IMG/VR virus record: IMGVR_UViG_3300020469_000001
Location: 41,273 to 105,272 of that record
Direction: 5' to 3' (one strand)
From: a virus
Length of the DNA: 64,000 bases
In this document: one piece after another, positions 1 through 9,023 of the stretch
Layout of the letters: the number at the start of each line of letters is the position of its first letter
How positions within the stretch are numbered: the stretch's first letter is position 1
Program-made: the position numbers and the translations under genes
The notes under the pieces: model-generated
Databases searched by the model: none
Told to the model about the DNA's origin: nothing
The model's input: the letters and a program-made list of their open reading frames with translations, nothing else

Positions 1-106
1 CGGATTTTCTTCCACACGGAGGGTGTCCTCCTCCTTTTCTCTTACGAGAAATATCTACCCAACCTTCTTTGAACCATTTTGTTAGTCCACCTTTAGGTTT
101 TGCCAT
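1..106 (-). CDS. small basic phage protein, partial (runs off window start)
   Basis: Read manually: MAKPKGGLTKWFKEGWVDISRKRKGGGHPPCGRKS...; ATG overlaps the upstream stop (TAATG). Confidence 0.6.
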   Translation of the reverse strand, partial: MAKPKGGLTKWFKEGWVDISRKRKGGGHPPCGRKS

Positions 107-303
107 TACTTCCTTCTTTTACGTCCAGTACCCATACGATACCTTCCGCCTTTGGCTTTGTAAGTTTTTACTAGCCATCCATTAGCATATGCTGATGGGT
201 ATACCTTAAACTTTCTCTTTGCTTGTGCTTTTACTCTTGCATAAAGAGTAGGGTTTGTAGGTACTGGCCTTTTCTTAGCGGCCTTTCTTCTTTTTCTTGC
301 CAT
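106..303 (-). CDS. small Lys/Arg-rich phage protein
   Basis: ORF track; AGGAG RBS; KVYPSAYANGW motif typical of aquatic phage small proteins. Confidence 0.7.
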   Translation of the reverse strand: MARKRRKAAKKRPVPTNPTLYARVKAQAKRKFKVYPSAYANGWLVKTYKAKGGRYRMGTGRKRRK

Positions 304-356
304 TGAATCTCCTCAATGCATAGTGGGCGTTTCAGCCCACTATACCCCCGAAATGT

Positions 357-533
357 TTATTTATCTTTCGCTTTGCCAACATTTAAGGCAAACCAGTCAA
401 CTAGTTTATAGACTTTCTTCATCCAACCGTCATCTATAGGGGTTGGAGTTAAAGCTGCTATTAGAGAACAGATCATTACTATTGTTGGTAATACTGCTAT
501 CCATGCTTGGAGCCATTCAAAGAATCCTAACAT
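357..533 (-). CDS. small membrane protein (holin-like)
   Basis: Read manually: MLGFFEWLQAWIAVLPTIVMICSLIAALTPTPIDDGWMKKVYKLVDWFALNVGKAKDK; AGGAG RBS; hydrophobic helix plus TPTPxDD motif. Confidence 0.65.
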   Translation of the reverse strand: MLGFFEWLQAWIAVLPTIVMICSLIAALTPTPIDDGWMKKVYKLVDWFALNVGKAKDK

Positions 534-582
534 ACTTATCTCCTATCGTACTAAAAAGTACTCCTTGCGATGTATACGCGTC

Positions 583-1158
583 CTAGTAGCCTTGGCCACC
601 TGGATTATCCTGCAAAGTGTCTAATTGACCTCTCCACAGACCTTCCTTATTCACTTTGTTTCCATGGCTAAAAAACCAAGGTAACCCAGTAACATAAGTA
701 TTTAAGATCCTCTCGAGTCGAGTTTTATGCTCTATCTTCACTGTGCATCTATACAGCTTTTTACAACTGTAATCGACAACATATAAACCGCCAAACAGGC
801 CGTCATTATTTTCTAATTTTCTTGCTTCGTCTAAATTCTTAACACAAATGGTATTGAAAGTGTCATGTCCAAATTGAAATGACTGTGCGTTGTTATTTGC
901 GTCTCGAGTGATCGTTATTACTTCATTACGAACGCTAATTGTATGTGCATCAGCCCAGATACAGAACGGTTGTAAACCTATAGCTTGTTGGTTAGTTCTG
1001 CTTTGTCCTTCTAATTTTTCCCATGTTTCTTTTTTGAAGAATCTAGTATTTCCTCTTCTAGAGAATAAGTCACCATACAACACTGGCACTTCCCTATCAT
1101 TTGGAACTGCGTTATCGTTGTAAAATGCTCTTGCTATTTGATATGGTGTTTTTTGCAT
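583..1158 (-). CDS. hypothetical protein
   Basis: 191-aa ORF co-oriented with neighbours. Confidence 0.6.
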   Translation of the reverse strand: MQKTPYQIARAFYNDNAVPNDREVPVLYGDLFSRRGNTRFFKKETWEKLEGQSRTNQQAIGLQPFCIWADAHTISVRNEVITITRDANNNAQSFQFGHDTFNTICVKNLDEARKLENNDGLFGGLYVVDYSCKKLYRCTVKIEHKTRLERILNTYVTGLPWFFSHGNKVNKEGLWRGQLDTLQDNPGGQGY

Positions 1159-1282
1159 AATTCTTTGTAGAAGGGCGGATTGGAGACCCCTCGATATTTT
1201 TCCGTGTCATGATATAATATCATGCTTTTGCGTTTAGTATAAGGTCATCCAATCCTAAATTGTTGATCACCTCCTCGGTAAA

Positions 1283-1456
1283 CTACTTGCAGGGTTTGTT
1301 TCTTTTACGAATTCCTGACTGTAAAGCTTTTGGTAATTTTTTCTGCGCTGCAGATAAACAAGGTTTGAGTCCGCTCATACCTTTTTTCTTTTTACCTTTT
1401 CCTTTCTTCTTTGGTCGGCCTCTTTTAGAGCCGTAAGTTCCTTTGCCTCTTGGCAT
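1283..1456 (-). CDS. small highly basic protein with AT-hook-like RGRPKK motif
   Basis: Read manually: MPRGKGTYGSKRGRPKKKGKGKKKK...; GGGAG RBS. Confidence 0.65.
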   Translation of the reverse strand: MPRGKGTYGSKRGRPKKKGKGKKKKGMSGLKPCLSAAQKKLPKALQSGIRKRNKPCK

Positions 1457-1467
1457 ACTTCATCTCC

Positions 1468-1656
1468 CTAAGTCCAACGAGGTGGCTCGTCTGGACACTC
1501 AGCCCATCGTAGTTTTGTTTTGAGGGGCATAAAACAGTGACAAATCTTACAAGTTTTCCAAAACTTACTATAGTTTGGACACTGTTCACAAATCTTTAAT
1601 CTTTCTTTATGTGACTTTTTATTCGAAGTCCGCGTACCAATTCGTTCCATATTCAT
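1468..1656 (-). CDS. small Cys-rich (probable metal-binding) protein
   Basis: CxxC...CxxCxC...CP...W pattern. Confidence 0.65.
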   Translation of the reverse strand: MNMERIGTRTSNKKSHKERLKICEQCPNYSKFWKTCKICHCFMPLKTKLRWAECPDEPPRWT

Positions 1657-2122
1657 TTAATTTATTAGTCCACCATTCTTCGTTATGTAGACTTACATGA
1701 AAATTAGTACCATCACTAAACTTTTTAATTGCTGGTTTAGTATCAATATGAAAATACACAGAGTTTCCTAAAAAGAATATTGAGTGTAGTACACTATCGA
1801 CTTCTTCTGGTAGTATGTGTTCCATCACATCTACACATAGTACTAAATCGAAAAAGTTACATTTATATCCTGCTAGTTTATTATACTTAGCTACGTAAGG
1901 ATCGTATAGTGTTGGCATTGGTATACCCCAATCTTCGTGTACATTCTGTCGAGTGTACTGCCAACCTTTACCACAACCAAAGTCTAAAACATTGACAGGA
2001 TTTACTCTGTCTATAACTTTCTTAATTATATCTTTGTTCTTTACTGTTGTTCTACCACTCATTGTAGTAGTGTTTTCATGAACCCAGACATACTCTTTAG
2101 CAAGTCTTTCCTTATCGATCAT
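1619..2122 (-). CDS. class I SAM-dependent methyltransferase
   Basis: VLDFGCGKG motif I; FDLVLCVDVMEH. Confidence 0.85.
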   Translation of the reverse strand: MIDKERLAKEYVWVHENTTTMSGRTTVKNKDIIKKVIDRVNPVNVLDFGCGKGWQYTRQNVHEDWGIPMPTLYDPYVAKYNKLAGYKCNFFDLVLCVDVMEHILPEEVDSVLHSIFFLGNSVYFHIDTKPAIKKFSDGTNFHVSLHNEEWWTNKLNEYGTNWYADFE

Positions 2123-2277
2123 CTTGTTCTTTTACGATTAGGGTTGTGTGATCTTCTCTTTAAATTTTTCTTTCTAGCAAGTAATCTTTTCATTCTGCTA
2201 GTAAGTTCTGGAGACTCATTCTTTTCTTCTGAGTGCTCCACTGCCTTTTTCAAGGCTTCTTTTATTTCGTTAGCCAT
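2119..2277 (-). CDS. small basic hypothetical protein
   Basis: Read manually: MANEIKEALKKAVEH...RKRTR; overlaps both neighbours. Confidence 0.55.
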   Translation of the reverse strand: MANEIKEALKKAVEHSEEKNESPELTSRMKRLLARKKNLKRRSHNPNRKRTR

Positions 2278-2444
2278 GTAAGTGCTTCCTGTTTAGTTTT
2301 AAATATTTGGTGGTCTATTCCATCTCCTTTTAGATGCCATAGTCCTCTTTTTTCATAAAGTTCTACACCTTCAGGTACTTCTGTTTTTACCTTTTTCATT
2401 TTAGGTGCTTTTGTTATATCTTTTTTAGAATAATCTAATTCCAT
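2262..2444 (-). CDS. hypothetical protein
   Basis: ORF with AGGAG RBS. Confidence 0.6.
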   Translation of the reverse strand: MELDYSKKDITKAPKMKKVKTEVPEGVELYEKRGLWHLKGDGIDHQIFKTKQEALTWLTK

Positions 2445-2453
2445 TGTTTTCTC

Positions 2454-2651
2454 CTATGAGTGCATACTCCATATTGTAAATATGACGGTTGCTGCTCCGA
2501 CAATAACCCCACCAGCTGCAGAAATCAGTATTGTTTCTACACGCTTTAAGCTATTATCCATGTCGTCAAAGCGGTTAAATGCAGTTTTCCATCGCTCCGC
2601 GCAGACTGCTTCATGCCTAGCTAGATCGTTTGCCACTTGTTCAGCGTCCAT
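2454..2651 (-). CDS. small coiled-coil protein with C-terminal TM helix (XhlA/holin-like)
   Basis: HEAVCAERW...LKRVE followed by hydrophobic C-terminus; GGGAG RBS; upstream sigma70 promoter. Confidence 0.6.
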   Translation of the reverse strand: MDAEQVANDLARHEAVCAERWKTAFNRFDDMDNSLKRVETILISAAGGVIVGAATVIFTIWSMHS

Positions 2652-2725
2652 TTGTTACTCCCTTTTCTTAACTTTTGTATTAAATACATGATAATTATAT
2701 CAAATTACCAACCTGATGTCAAGTA

Positions 2726-4510
2726 CTATTTTCGTATGGTATAGATTTTTACAGGTTCTGACTTACCTTTTACAGTTACCTCGTCAAGAAACTCATAATC
2801 ATAACCATCTACTAAACTGTGCTCAGATATAATTAAGTCAGCATCATATTCTTTACAGCTAGATTCTAGTCTAGCAGCCAGATTGACGCTATCACCAAGA
2901 ACGCTGTAATCAAAGCGAGTGCTGCTGCCAAAGTTTCCAACGACACAGTCCCCGGTGTTGATTCCCGCTCCTGTATTAATCTCATCCAAGCCTTCTTCTC
3001 TGAGTTTTTCATTTAACTCCTCCAATGCCACTCTCATTTCGAGAGCTGCCTTTGTTGCATTTTCGACATGATTCTCGTCTGGACACGGCGCTCCCCAAAA
3101 TGCCATGATGCAATCTCCCATATATTTGTCTATTGTTCCCCCATGCTTGAGAATAATCTCAGTCTGATTATCAAGGAAACGATTAATGAGGCTCGTAAGT
3201 CCTTGTGGATTCTTTTGGTATTTTTCCGAAATCGGGGTAAATCCTCGTATATCAGAAAAAAGAAAAGTGAGTCGTGAAGTTAACCCACCCAATCTCAGTA
3301 ATGTTGGGTCGTCCTGTAATTTTTTTACTAAGTCGGGACTAACGTATGTCCCAAATTGTTGTTTGATTCGAAGTTTCTGTTGATACTCCGATAGGAAACT
3401 CAGAAAGGTATGAATACTCCAAAAGAGAACGGATATAATTACGATTCCACTAACGTCAAGCAAGTAAGAAGATTTATATAGATGCCAGGCTCCATATAAA
3501 CTTCCTCCAGTTATCAGTAATAGTGCGGGAACGGAAAGCCAGACTGACCTTGATGCAAAAGCAAGTATTATCAGTGCTAGTAGTGTTGCGATGATTTCTG
3601 CTCCTGTAGCCCAAGTTGGTTGGCTAGGTGCGGTTCCTGTAATTAGATTGTGTAGAATGTTCGCTTGGATTTCGTGTGGGTATTTAGCCCCCGCAGGGGT
3701 CGGCACTGGGTTAGTTATACCCTCTGCAGTCGTGCCGAATATAACGAACGGAGCTTCTATTGGTTTCTTAAGAAACTCCAGTCCGCTTTGTTTGTAAAAC
3801 TTCGTATTCCAATTTAAAAAGATACGACCATTCGCATCTGTATTCATCAGTGGGTAGTTTGGGATTCTTATCCAATCAATACCTTCTGGTGTTGTTTTTA
3901 GCTGGTACGAAGGATCGTTTACGGCGACTCTTAAGAGTTCCAAGGCGAAACTCGGGTAAAGTTTTGACTGCACGTTTACGACTAGGGGAATGCGACGAGT
4001 AACCCCGTCTATTTCCGGCGTAGCGGTTACTACTCCGATTCCCTTTGTTTTTGACTCCAGCGTAGACGCGGTAGGTAAAATTCCTGGTAGTTCGAATAGC
4101 CATGGTAATGGGTCCTCTCCTAACTGAGCAGTACCTACATGAGGGTTTGTCCCAGTTACTTGTGTCGATGCTGCTGAAGCAAGGACTGTTGGTATGTATT
4201 GCATTCGCATAGCAAAGTAATTATCATAATCTTTGCCACGAATGTCGGGGTTTGGCATCAAGATTGTAAAACCTGGTACGGCCTGTGTAGTAGTGATTAA
4301 GTCACCAAACACTGACCTAGGTAATGGCCATCCGCCATAAGTCTGTAGAAAATCTTCATCAAGATCAACTATCAGAATGTTCTCGTTCTGTACTGGTTCG
4401 GTATTCATGATTAAGTAGTCGTAACCAATTAGTTCGACTCTTTGCATGACACCAGGATTCCATATAAGCAATCCCATAAACAGTACTATTGTGATAACTT
4501 TATTTAGCAC
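2726..4510 (-). CDS. CHASE2-domain class III adenylate cyclase
   Basis: CHASE2 motifs (IVDLDE, GWPLPR, DGVTRRIPL), three TM helices, cyclase motifs FSDIRGFT, DKYMGD, DYSVLGDSVNLAARLES; K/D residues suggest ATP specificity. Confidence 0.92.
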   Translation of the reverse strand: MLNKVITIVLFMGLLIWNPGVMQRVELIGYDYLIMNTEPVQNENILIVDLDEDFLQTYGGWPLPRSVFGDLITTTQAVPGFTILMPNPDIRGKDYDNYFAMRMQYIPTVLASAASTQVTGTNPHVGTAQLGEDPLPWLFELPGILPTASTLESKTKGIGVVTATPEIDGVTRRIPLVVNVQSKLYPSFALELLRVAVNDPSYQLKTTPEGIDWIRIPNYPLMNTDANGRIFLNWNTKFYKQSGLEFLKKPIEAPFVIFGTTAEGITNPVPTPAGAKYPHEIQANILHNLITGTAPSQPTWATGAEIIATLLALIILAFASRSVWLSVPALLLITGGSLYGAWHLYKSSYLLDVSGIVIISVLFWSIHTFLSFLSEYQQKLRIKQQFGTYVSPDLVKKLQDDPTLLRLGGLTSRLTFLFSDIRGFTPISEKYQKNPQGLTSLINRFLDNQTEIILKHGGTIDKYMGDCIMAFWGAPCPDENHVENATKAALEMRVALEELNEKLREEGLDEINTGAGINTGDCVVGNFGSSTRFDYSVLGDSVNLAARLESSCKEYDADLIISEHSLVDGYDYEFLDEVTVKGKSEPVKIYTIRK

Positions 4511-5046
4511 GATACATTTACGCCTGTAATATGATGGTAATTAAAATCTCTGCATTCTGAAGCCTCTTCATACAAGTAAAAGTTTCTTATTATTACTGCT
4601 GCAAGAATCCAGTTTGTAAGCACCATTTGCTCCTCTTCTAAGTTAGCTGCTATAATTGGAGTTAATACAGATTTGTGTAGTAAAAATTCTGCAGCAGACG
4701 GCTTTTCCGGCAGTAAAAAGTTGGCTTCCTTTATGTGCGGGTTGTTTCTAGTAAACACATATGAAGTTGTCATGTCAACCGCATTGAGAATATAGTAAGC
4801 TCTTAGTGTTCTCTTAGTGGGTTCATTGTTTATCTTTATAAATCTAAGACGCTTTTTCTCAGCAGCTTCTATTTGAACAGAGTCTTGCTTCATCTGTTCA
4901 TAGTTGAATGGAGTTTCAGGTAGTGTTAAATCTAAGCTATCCGCTTGATTGTTTGACGCTAATAGTAACATCGGCACCATTACCAACGACAACATTGTAA
5001 GCTTTGCCATCTTGTTCCAATATAATGTTATATCCAGTTTGTCCAT
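4504..5046 (-). CDS. hypothetical protein in curli/cyclase operon (true start probably near 4970)
   Basis: ORF overlapping both the FecR and cyclase genes; hydrophobic N-terminal segment. Confidence 0.6.
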   Translation of the reverse strand: MDKLDITLYWNKMAKLTMLSLVMVPMLLLASNNQADSLDLTLPETPFNYEQMKQDSVQIEAAEKKRLRFIKINNEPTKRTLRAYYILNAVDMTTSYVFTRNNPHIKEANFLLPEKPSAAEFLLHKSVLTPIIAANLEEEQMVLTNWILAAVIIRNFYLYEEASECRDFNYHHITGVNVSC

Positions 5047-6040
5047 TTATATCTAACCTTACACTTTGATTTACTTCTCGAATGAGAGTAAGAAACTCTG
5101 CATCTCCAAAAGTTGTAATCTGTGTGCTTGCATCTTGTCCGAATGTAGTACCTTTTAAATCTACAGGTGCTGCTCCAACGGATGCGAGTTCATTATTATC
5201 TAGTTCATCTACTGATTCTATTATTTCTAGTAGATCTTCCAGGAAGTTAGTTCCTAGGTAGTCTATGTCAAGTTCTCGAAAGTCTTCCTCTACTTCTAAT
5301 AAGTCTACATCGAGCCCGTCGTAAGCGAGGTAGTCGATATCAAGAATATTAGTACCAGAGTCGTCACTTCCAGACGATCCCTCATTTTGTTGTATTTCTT
5401 CATTTTTCTTAGGTGGTGAGACAATCAAAAGATTGTCTATCAGATCTAGTGTTAAGTCGAGGATAACAGGTTTAGTAGGACTCTGTTCCCATACAGTTGT
5501 AACAGTAGATTGATACGGTTTATTTAGTATTACCTGTCCTAAAGCAGTTGCTACTACAATCTCGCCAGAGGGCAGTCCGTTTGCATCTGGTAAGAGTATC
5601 ACCAATGACTTACCGAACTCGTCAACGGTAACAGTAAAGTCTGTTCCTCGAATTGCGATTTGTGCTGTTGGTGTACTGATGTTGATATTCTGTTTGTTTA
5701 TCTGTCCTATCTTACCAGTAATAAATCGAGCAGTGCCACTTGCAAATTGCATACTCATCTTTGACTTGTTTGGATTTGGGTCAAAGATTACTTCGTCTAT
5801 AACAAGTTTGCTATGCTCTGTGAGTCGAACTTGACTATCGTCTATGAATGTGATACCTAGTCGCCCATTAGCTGTACGCACATCATCCATTTGTTGAATG
5901 TCTTGTTCTAAAGTTGCAGGTAAGGTGTCATCTCGAATGACGGCACCTTGCCCGCGTAGTTCCGTGATTGCGCCTATATCAGCAAGAAGTGGATGTACCA
6001 CCATCAGACTGAATAACACAGATGTTACTGTTTGACGCAT
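4937..6040 (-). CDS. FecR-domain protein with signal peptide and acidic C-terminus
   Basis: DDVRTANGRLGITFIDDSQVRL...GTARF...TPTAQIAIRGTDF FecR signature. Confidence 0.85.
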   Translation of the reverse strand: MRQTVTSVLFSLMVVHPLLADIGAITELRGQGAVIRDDTLPATLEQDIQQMDDVRTANGRLGITFIDDSQVRLTEHSKLVIDEVIFDPNPNKSKMSMQFASGTARFITGKIGQINKQNINISTPTAQIAIRGTDFTVTVDEFGKSLVILLPDANGLPSGEIVVATALGQVILNKPYQSTVTTVWEQSPTKPVILDLTLDLIDNLLIVSPPKKNEEIQQNEGSSGSDDSGTNILDIDYLAYDGLDVDLLEVEEDFRELDIDYLGTNFLEDLLEIIESVDELDNNELASVGAAPVDLKGTTFGQDASTQITTFGDAEFLTLIREVNQSVRLDINGQTGYNIILEQDGKAYNVVVGNGADVTISVKQSSG

Positions 6041-6692
6041 CGCTCTCTATTTTTAACCAATCGAGTGCTAGTGTTGATTTTTGTTGTATTTCAATAGTAT
6101 TTGTACTACCATTTAAATCCAAGTAAAAATAACCTGCATCACTCGATGAGGCTCCTTGACCAGTTTTGGTCAATTCCATTGTATTACTATCTCCTAAGAT
6201 ATCCATATACGCAGTATAGTAGTCAGAGTCTATATCGAATGTTAAATCGTTACTGTCTCCGTCTAGTATTAGATCTAAGTCTAAATAACTTGCTCCTGCA
6301 TTTTCACCGATGTCCCAATCAAAAACGTTTGAGCTACCTGTTACATCTACATTGATGTTTGCAAAGTCAACTGTATTTAGTCCTGTAGTATCCATAGAAA
6401 ACTCGAATGTATTTGAATCTCCATCAAATTCGAAGAAACCAGTAAAGTTTTCGCCTAATACACCGTCAGTTAGAAATTTATTTGAAGAACCAATCTGGTT
6501 AATATCCAATGTCCATGTACCACCGTTTAAGATAGCTTTTGTCATAGAACCGCTTGTTGCATCGTCACCACCAATAAGGTTGTTCGATCCTAGTTGCTCT
6601 AAGTCAATATTGACATTGTTTCCAGTTTGATCTATGTAAATTTCATTGTCTGCATATAAACCAAAGGATAGTAATAAAAGTAATATTCTCAT
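5979..6692 (-). CDS. curlin-like secreted beta-solenoid repeat protein
   Basis: Short signal peptide; repeated Q/DxGxSN units (QTGNN, QLGSNN, QIGSSN, DGDSN, TGSSN, DGDSN, LGDSN, NGSTN); lies directly after csgG. Confidence 0.75.
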   Translation of the reverse strand: MRILLLLLSFGLYADNEIYIDQTGNNVNIDLEQLGSNNLIGGDDATSGSMTKAILNGGTWTLDINQIGSSNKFLTDGVLGENFTGFFEFDGDSNTFEFSMDTTGLNTVDFANINVDVTGSSNVFDWDIGENAGASYLDLDLILDGDSNDLTFDIDSDYYTAYMDILGDSNTMELTKTGQGASSSDAGYFYLDLNGSTNTIEIQQKSTLALDWLKIESDASNSNICVIQSDGGTSTSC

Positions 6693-7558
6693 TACTTCTC
6701 TCCCCAGTACTTCCAGTACCCTTTCTCTTTGCCGTCTTTTATCAATTGAACTACTGCAGTTTCAAGCGCTGCTTGTATTGCAATAGATTTACTTTCATTC
6801 ATTGCAGTTCCGCTTTCAAACTCTACGAGCTTTGTGCCTTCTGCTATAAACCTAAAGAAGTCATTTGATACTCCGACAGAGAGTATTTTCTTTGACGTAA
6901 GGATTTCCATTAAGATCTCTCCTGTACTCACAGAAACTAGTCTTAATGAGACCACTACGGTATCCTCACGATATTGCTTGGAGTTACCAATGCCTAAATA
7001 TCTAGCACCTATACCTCCTGTTAATAGATTAGTGTTATAATCTACTATTCCCCCTTCAATGATTAATCCAGCAAACAGTAGTGGAAGCTGCTCGTCTTCA
7101 TCATTAAAACTTTGTCTAGTCTGTCTTATTAATTGTCTTTCTCTAGTTAAGTGGTCAAGGCCACCTCTTTCGACAACTTTGAAGAATCCAGACTGTTTGA
7201 GTGCTCTTATGAGGTATGTCTCGGGAGCCATAGTAACAGCAGTACTGAAACTAGCTATACCATCGACACTCTTTCTTTGTCCTGTTGAATCTGTAAATTT
7301 GTATACGGCCACCACGGGATATCGTGATGGTTGTGGAATTGTTTTAATTGCATCTGTAACTGGCGTATTGATAATAGCATCTCCAGAAAAGCATTGCGCT
7401 TTTCCGATAATAGTTACAACATCTTTATAGTCTTCGTCTGGATTTGTTAAGCAAGGTGACACATATTTGTAATGTGTAAAGTTTGCACAACTAGCCAGTA
7501 GGAAAACCGAAGTCGCCAATAGGGATTGTAATGACAGTCGTTTCACCAGTAGCCTCAT
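6692..7558 (-). CDS. csgG: curli secretion channel lipoprotein CsgG
   Basis: Lipobox LASC; VAVYKFTDSTGQRK, FSTAVT, FKVVERGGL, GGIGARYLGIG, VSLRLVSVSTGE motifs. Confidence 0.92.
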   Translation of the reverse strand: MRLLVKRLSLQSLLATSVFLLASCANFTHYKYVSPCLTNPDEDYKDVVTIIGKAQCFSGDAIINTPVTDAIKTIPQPSRYPVVAVYKFTDSTGQRKSVDGIASFSTAVTMAPETYLIRALKQSGFFKVVERGGLDHLTRERQLIRQTRQSFNDEDEQLPLLFAGLIIEGGIVDYNTNLLTGGIGARYLGIGNSKQYREDTVVVSLRLVSVSTGEILMEILTSKKILSVGVSNDFFRFIAEGTKLVEFESGTAMNESKSIAIQAALETAVVQLIKDGKEKGYWKYWGEK

Positions 7559-7985
7559 TAAATATGGTCATTGTAATTGATATACCATCTGATGTCCATG
7601 TAATCAGATTATCAAACAACATGAATGATCCTTCCGATGCAGGGTTTTCTCCGAACAACTGGTCTACTAGCTGTCGAGATAACTGTGCGTATACTCTACT
7701 CTCAAAGTTCTTTATAAATCTTGCGAGAGTACTATTATTTTCCTCTCGTTCTGCGGCTTCTTTGAGTGCTTTAATTTCTGCGGCGATTGCCTCTTTTCTT
7801 GACATCTCTTGTGAGTCAATTGTAAGATAGTGGCTAGATGTACCTACACCACTGAATGAAGGATTTTTAAATCCAAACTTTATTTCATCCGCGTTTAAGT
7901 CTGCTGCAATTGCTATAAAGCTTAATATAAATAAAGCTCCTATAACACTATTTGCAACTCTGTTATTTAGTTTTCTTTCGTTCAT
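7491..7985 (-). CDS. csgF: curli assembly protein CsgF
   Basis: Signal peptide then FGFKNPSFSG, matching the CsgF N-terminal motif; C-terminal TGETTVITIP; upstream of csgG. Confidence 0.85.
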   Translation of the reverse strand: MNERKLNNRVANSVIGALFILSFIAIAADLNADEIKFGFKNPSFSGVGTSSHYLTIDSQEMSRKEAIAAEIKALKEAAEREENNSTLARFIKNFESRVYAQLSRQLVDQLFGENPASEGSFMLFDNLITWTSDGISITMTIFNEATGETTVITIPIGDFGFPTG

Positions 7986-8226
7986 TTTCTTTTAACTGTA
8001 AAACTGTGTCCAGTTTCTTTTGCAGTCGTATCATGTCATTATCCAACATTCTTATCTGGTCGATAAGTTGTAGTATGGTAATTTTCATTTCTTCGATTGC
8101 TGGGTCTATCTTCTCGGTCACTGTAGTCCATACGAAGTATACGAAATATCCAAGTCCAACCATTGCAACAACTGGAAATCCAAATTGTTGTATGGCATCA
8201 ATCACGTCTTGCATCGATACTCCCAC
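7963..8226 (-). CDS. small single-TM protein, paralog of 8198..8494
   Basis: IQQFGFPVVAMVGLGYFVYF...IRMLDNDMIRL. Confidence 0.7.
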   Translation of the reverse strand: MGVSMQDVIDAIQQFGFPVVAMVGLGYFVYFVWTTVTEKIDPAIEEMKITILQLIDQIRMLDNDMIRLQKKLDTVLQLKENERKKTK

Positions 8227-8494
8227 TTTCTACAAAGTTTTCTGCTCTTGCTATTTTTTCTAAGTCTGGTGCAAGTCCCAGCGCGGATGATACACTCATA
8301 TCTATTTTAATCATATCATTGTTCATAACTTTGATACGAGTAATTAACATCTTAGAGATTCCTCGAACTTCTTCTGTATCTCCAACAACGTCATCCATAA
8401 TCTTTCTTATGATGAGAAATATAAAACCACCCATAAACAGTGCTGCAGCGATAGGTGCTCCAACTTGTCCGATTACGTCAAATATCTCACTCAT
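8198..8494 (-). CDS. small single-TM protein, paralog of 7963..8226
   Basis: IGQVGAPIAAALFMGGFIFL...IKVMNNDMIKI. Confidence 0.7.
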   Translation of the reverse strand: MSEIFDVIGQVGAPIAAALFMGGFIFLIIRKIMDDVVGDTEEVRGISKMLITRIKVMNNDMIKIDMSVSSALGLAPDLEKIARAENFVESGSIDARRD

Positions 8495-8730
8495 AAGTAC
8501 TTAATCATTTCTTGATTGATTGCCATACATCCAAACATGCCAAATAGTACAGTAACCTGTATAATACTTGCATAAGTAATTTGTCTCATTGGATGCATAT
8601 CTGTTAACTTCTCTATCATGCTTTCTGATGGCGATAGGTTAACTATTTGTAATGCTTTCCTAGAAGCCGATGCTTTCTCCGCATCCGCATCTATATGTTT
8701 CTTTTGGGTTGTTAAATCTGAATTCTTCAT
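8491..8730 (-). CDS. hypothetical membrane protein
   Basis: ORF with C-terminal hydrophobic stretch, overlapping its neighbours. Confidence 0.5.
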   Translation of the reverse strand: MKNSDLTTQKKHIDADAEKASASRKALQIVNLSPSESMIEKLTDMHPMRQITYASIIQVTVLFGMFGCMAINQEMIKYL

Positions 8731-8977
8731 TTAGTCCGTCCGTGTGCCAATCAATAGTCATGCCTTCTAAATAAGGCGCAGAGTTAGGGTCTACCCTAAA
8801 TCTAATCTTGCCCCAATCTATTACCAGATCATCTGAATAATTTTTAGGGTTAAAAGCAAAAAGATACTCCATACCACCGCAGCCACCCCCAGTAATACCA
8901 AGTCTAAAAACAAAGTTGTCTTCTGCGCTCGCTTTCTGTATAAGTTTAGTATACGCCTCATTAGTAATTTCTATCAT
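8660..8977 (-). CDS. iscA: HesB/IscA/ErpA-family Fe-S cluster carrier
   Basis: GGGCGGMEY and C-terminal RCGCGES motifs. Confidence 0.9.
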   Translation of the reverse strand: MIEITNEAYTKLIQKASAEDNFVFRLGITGGGCGGMEYLFAFNPKNYSDDLVIDWGKIRFRVDPNSAPYLEGMTIDWHTDGLNEEFRFNNPKETYRCGCGESIGF

Positions 8978-9023
8978 CTATCTAATTTAAATAGTCTCCA
9001 AACATTTTGTATTCTGCTTGCTT

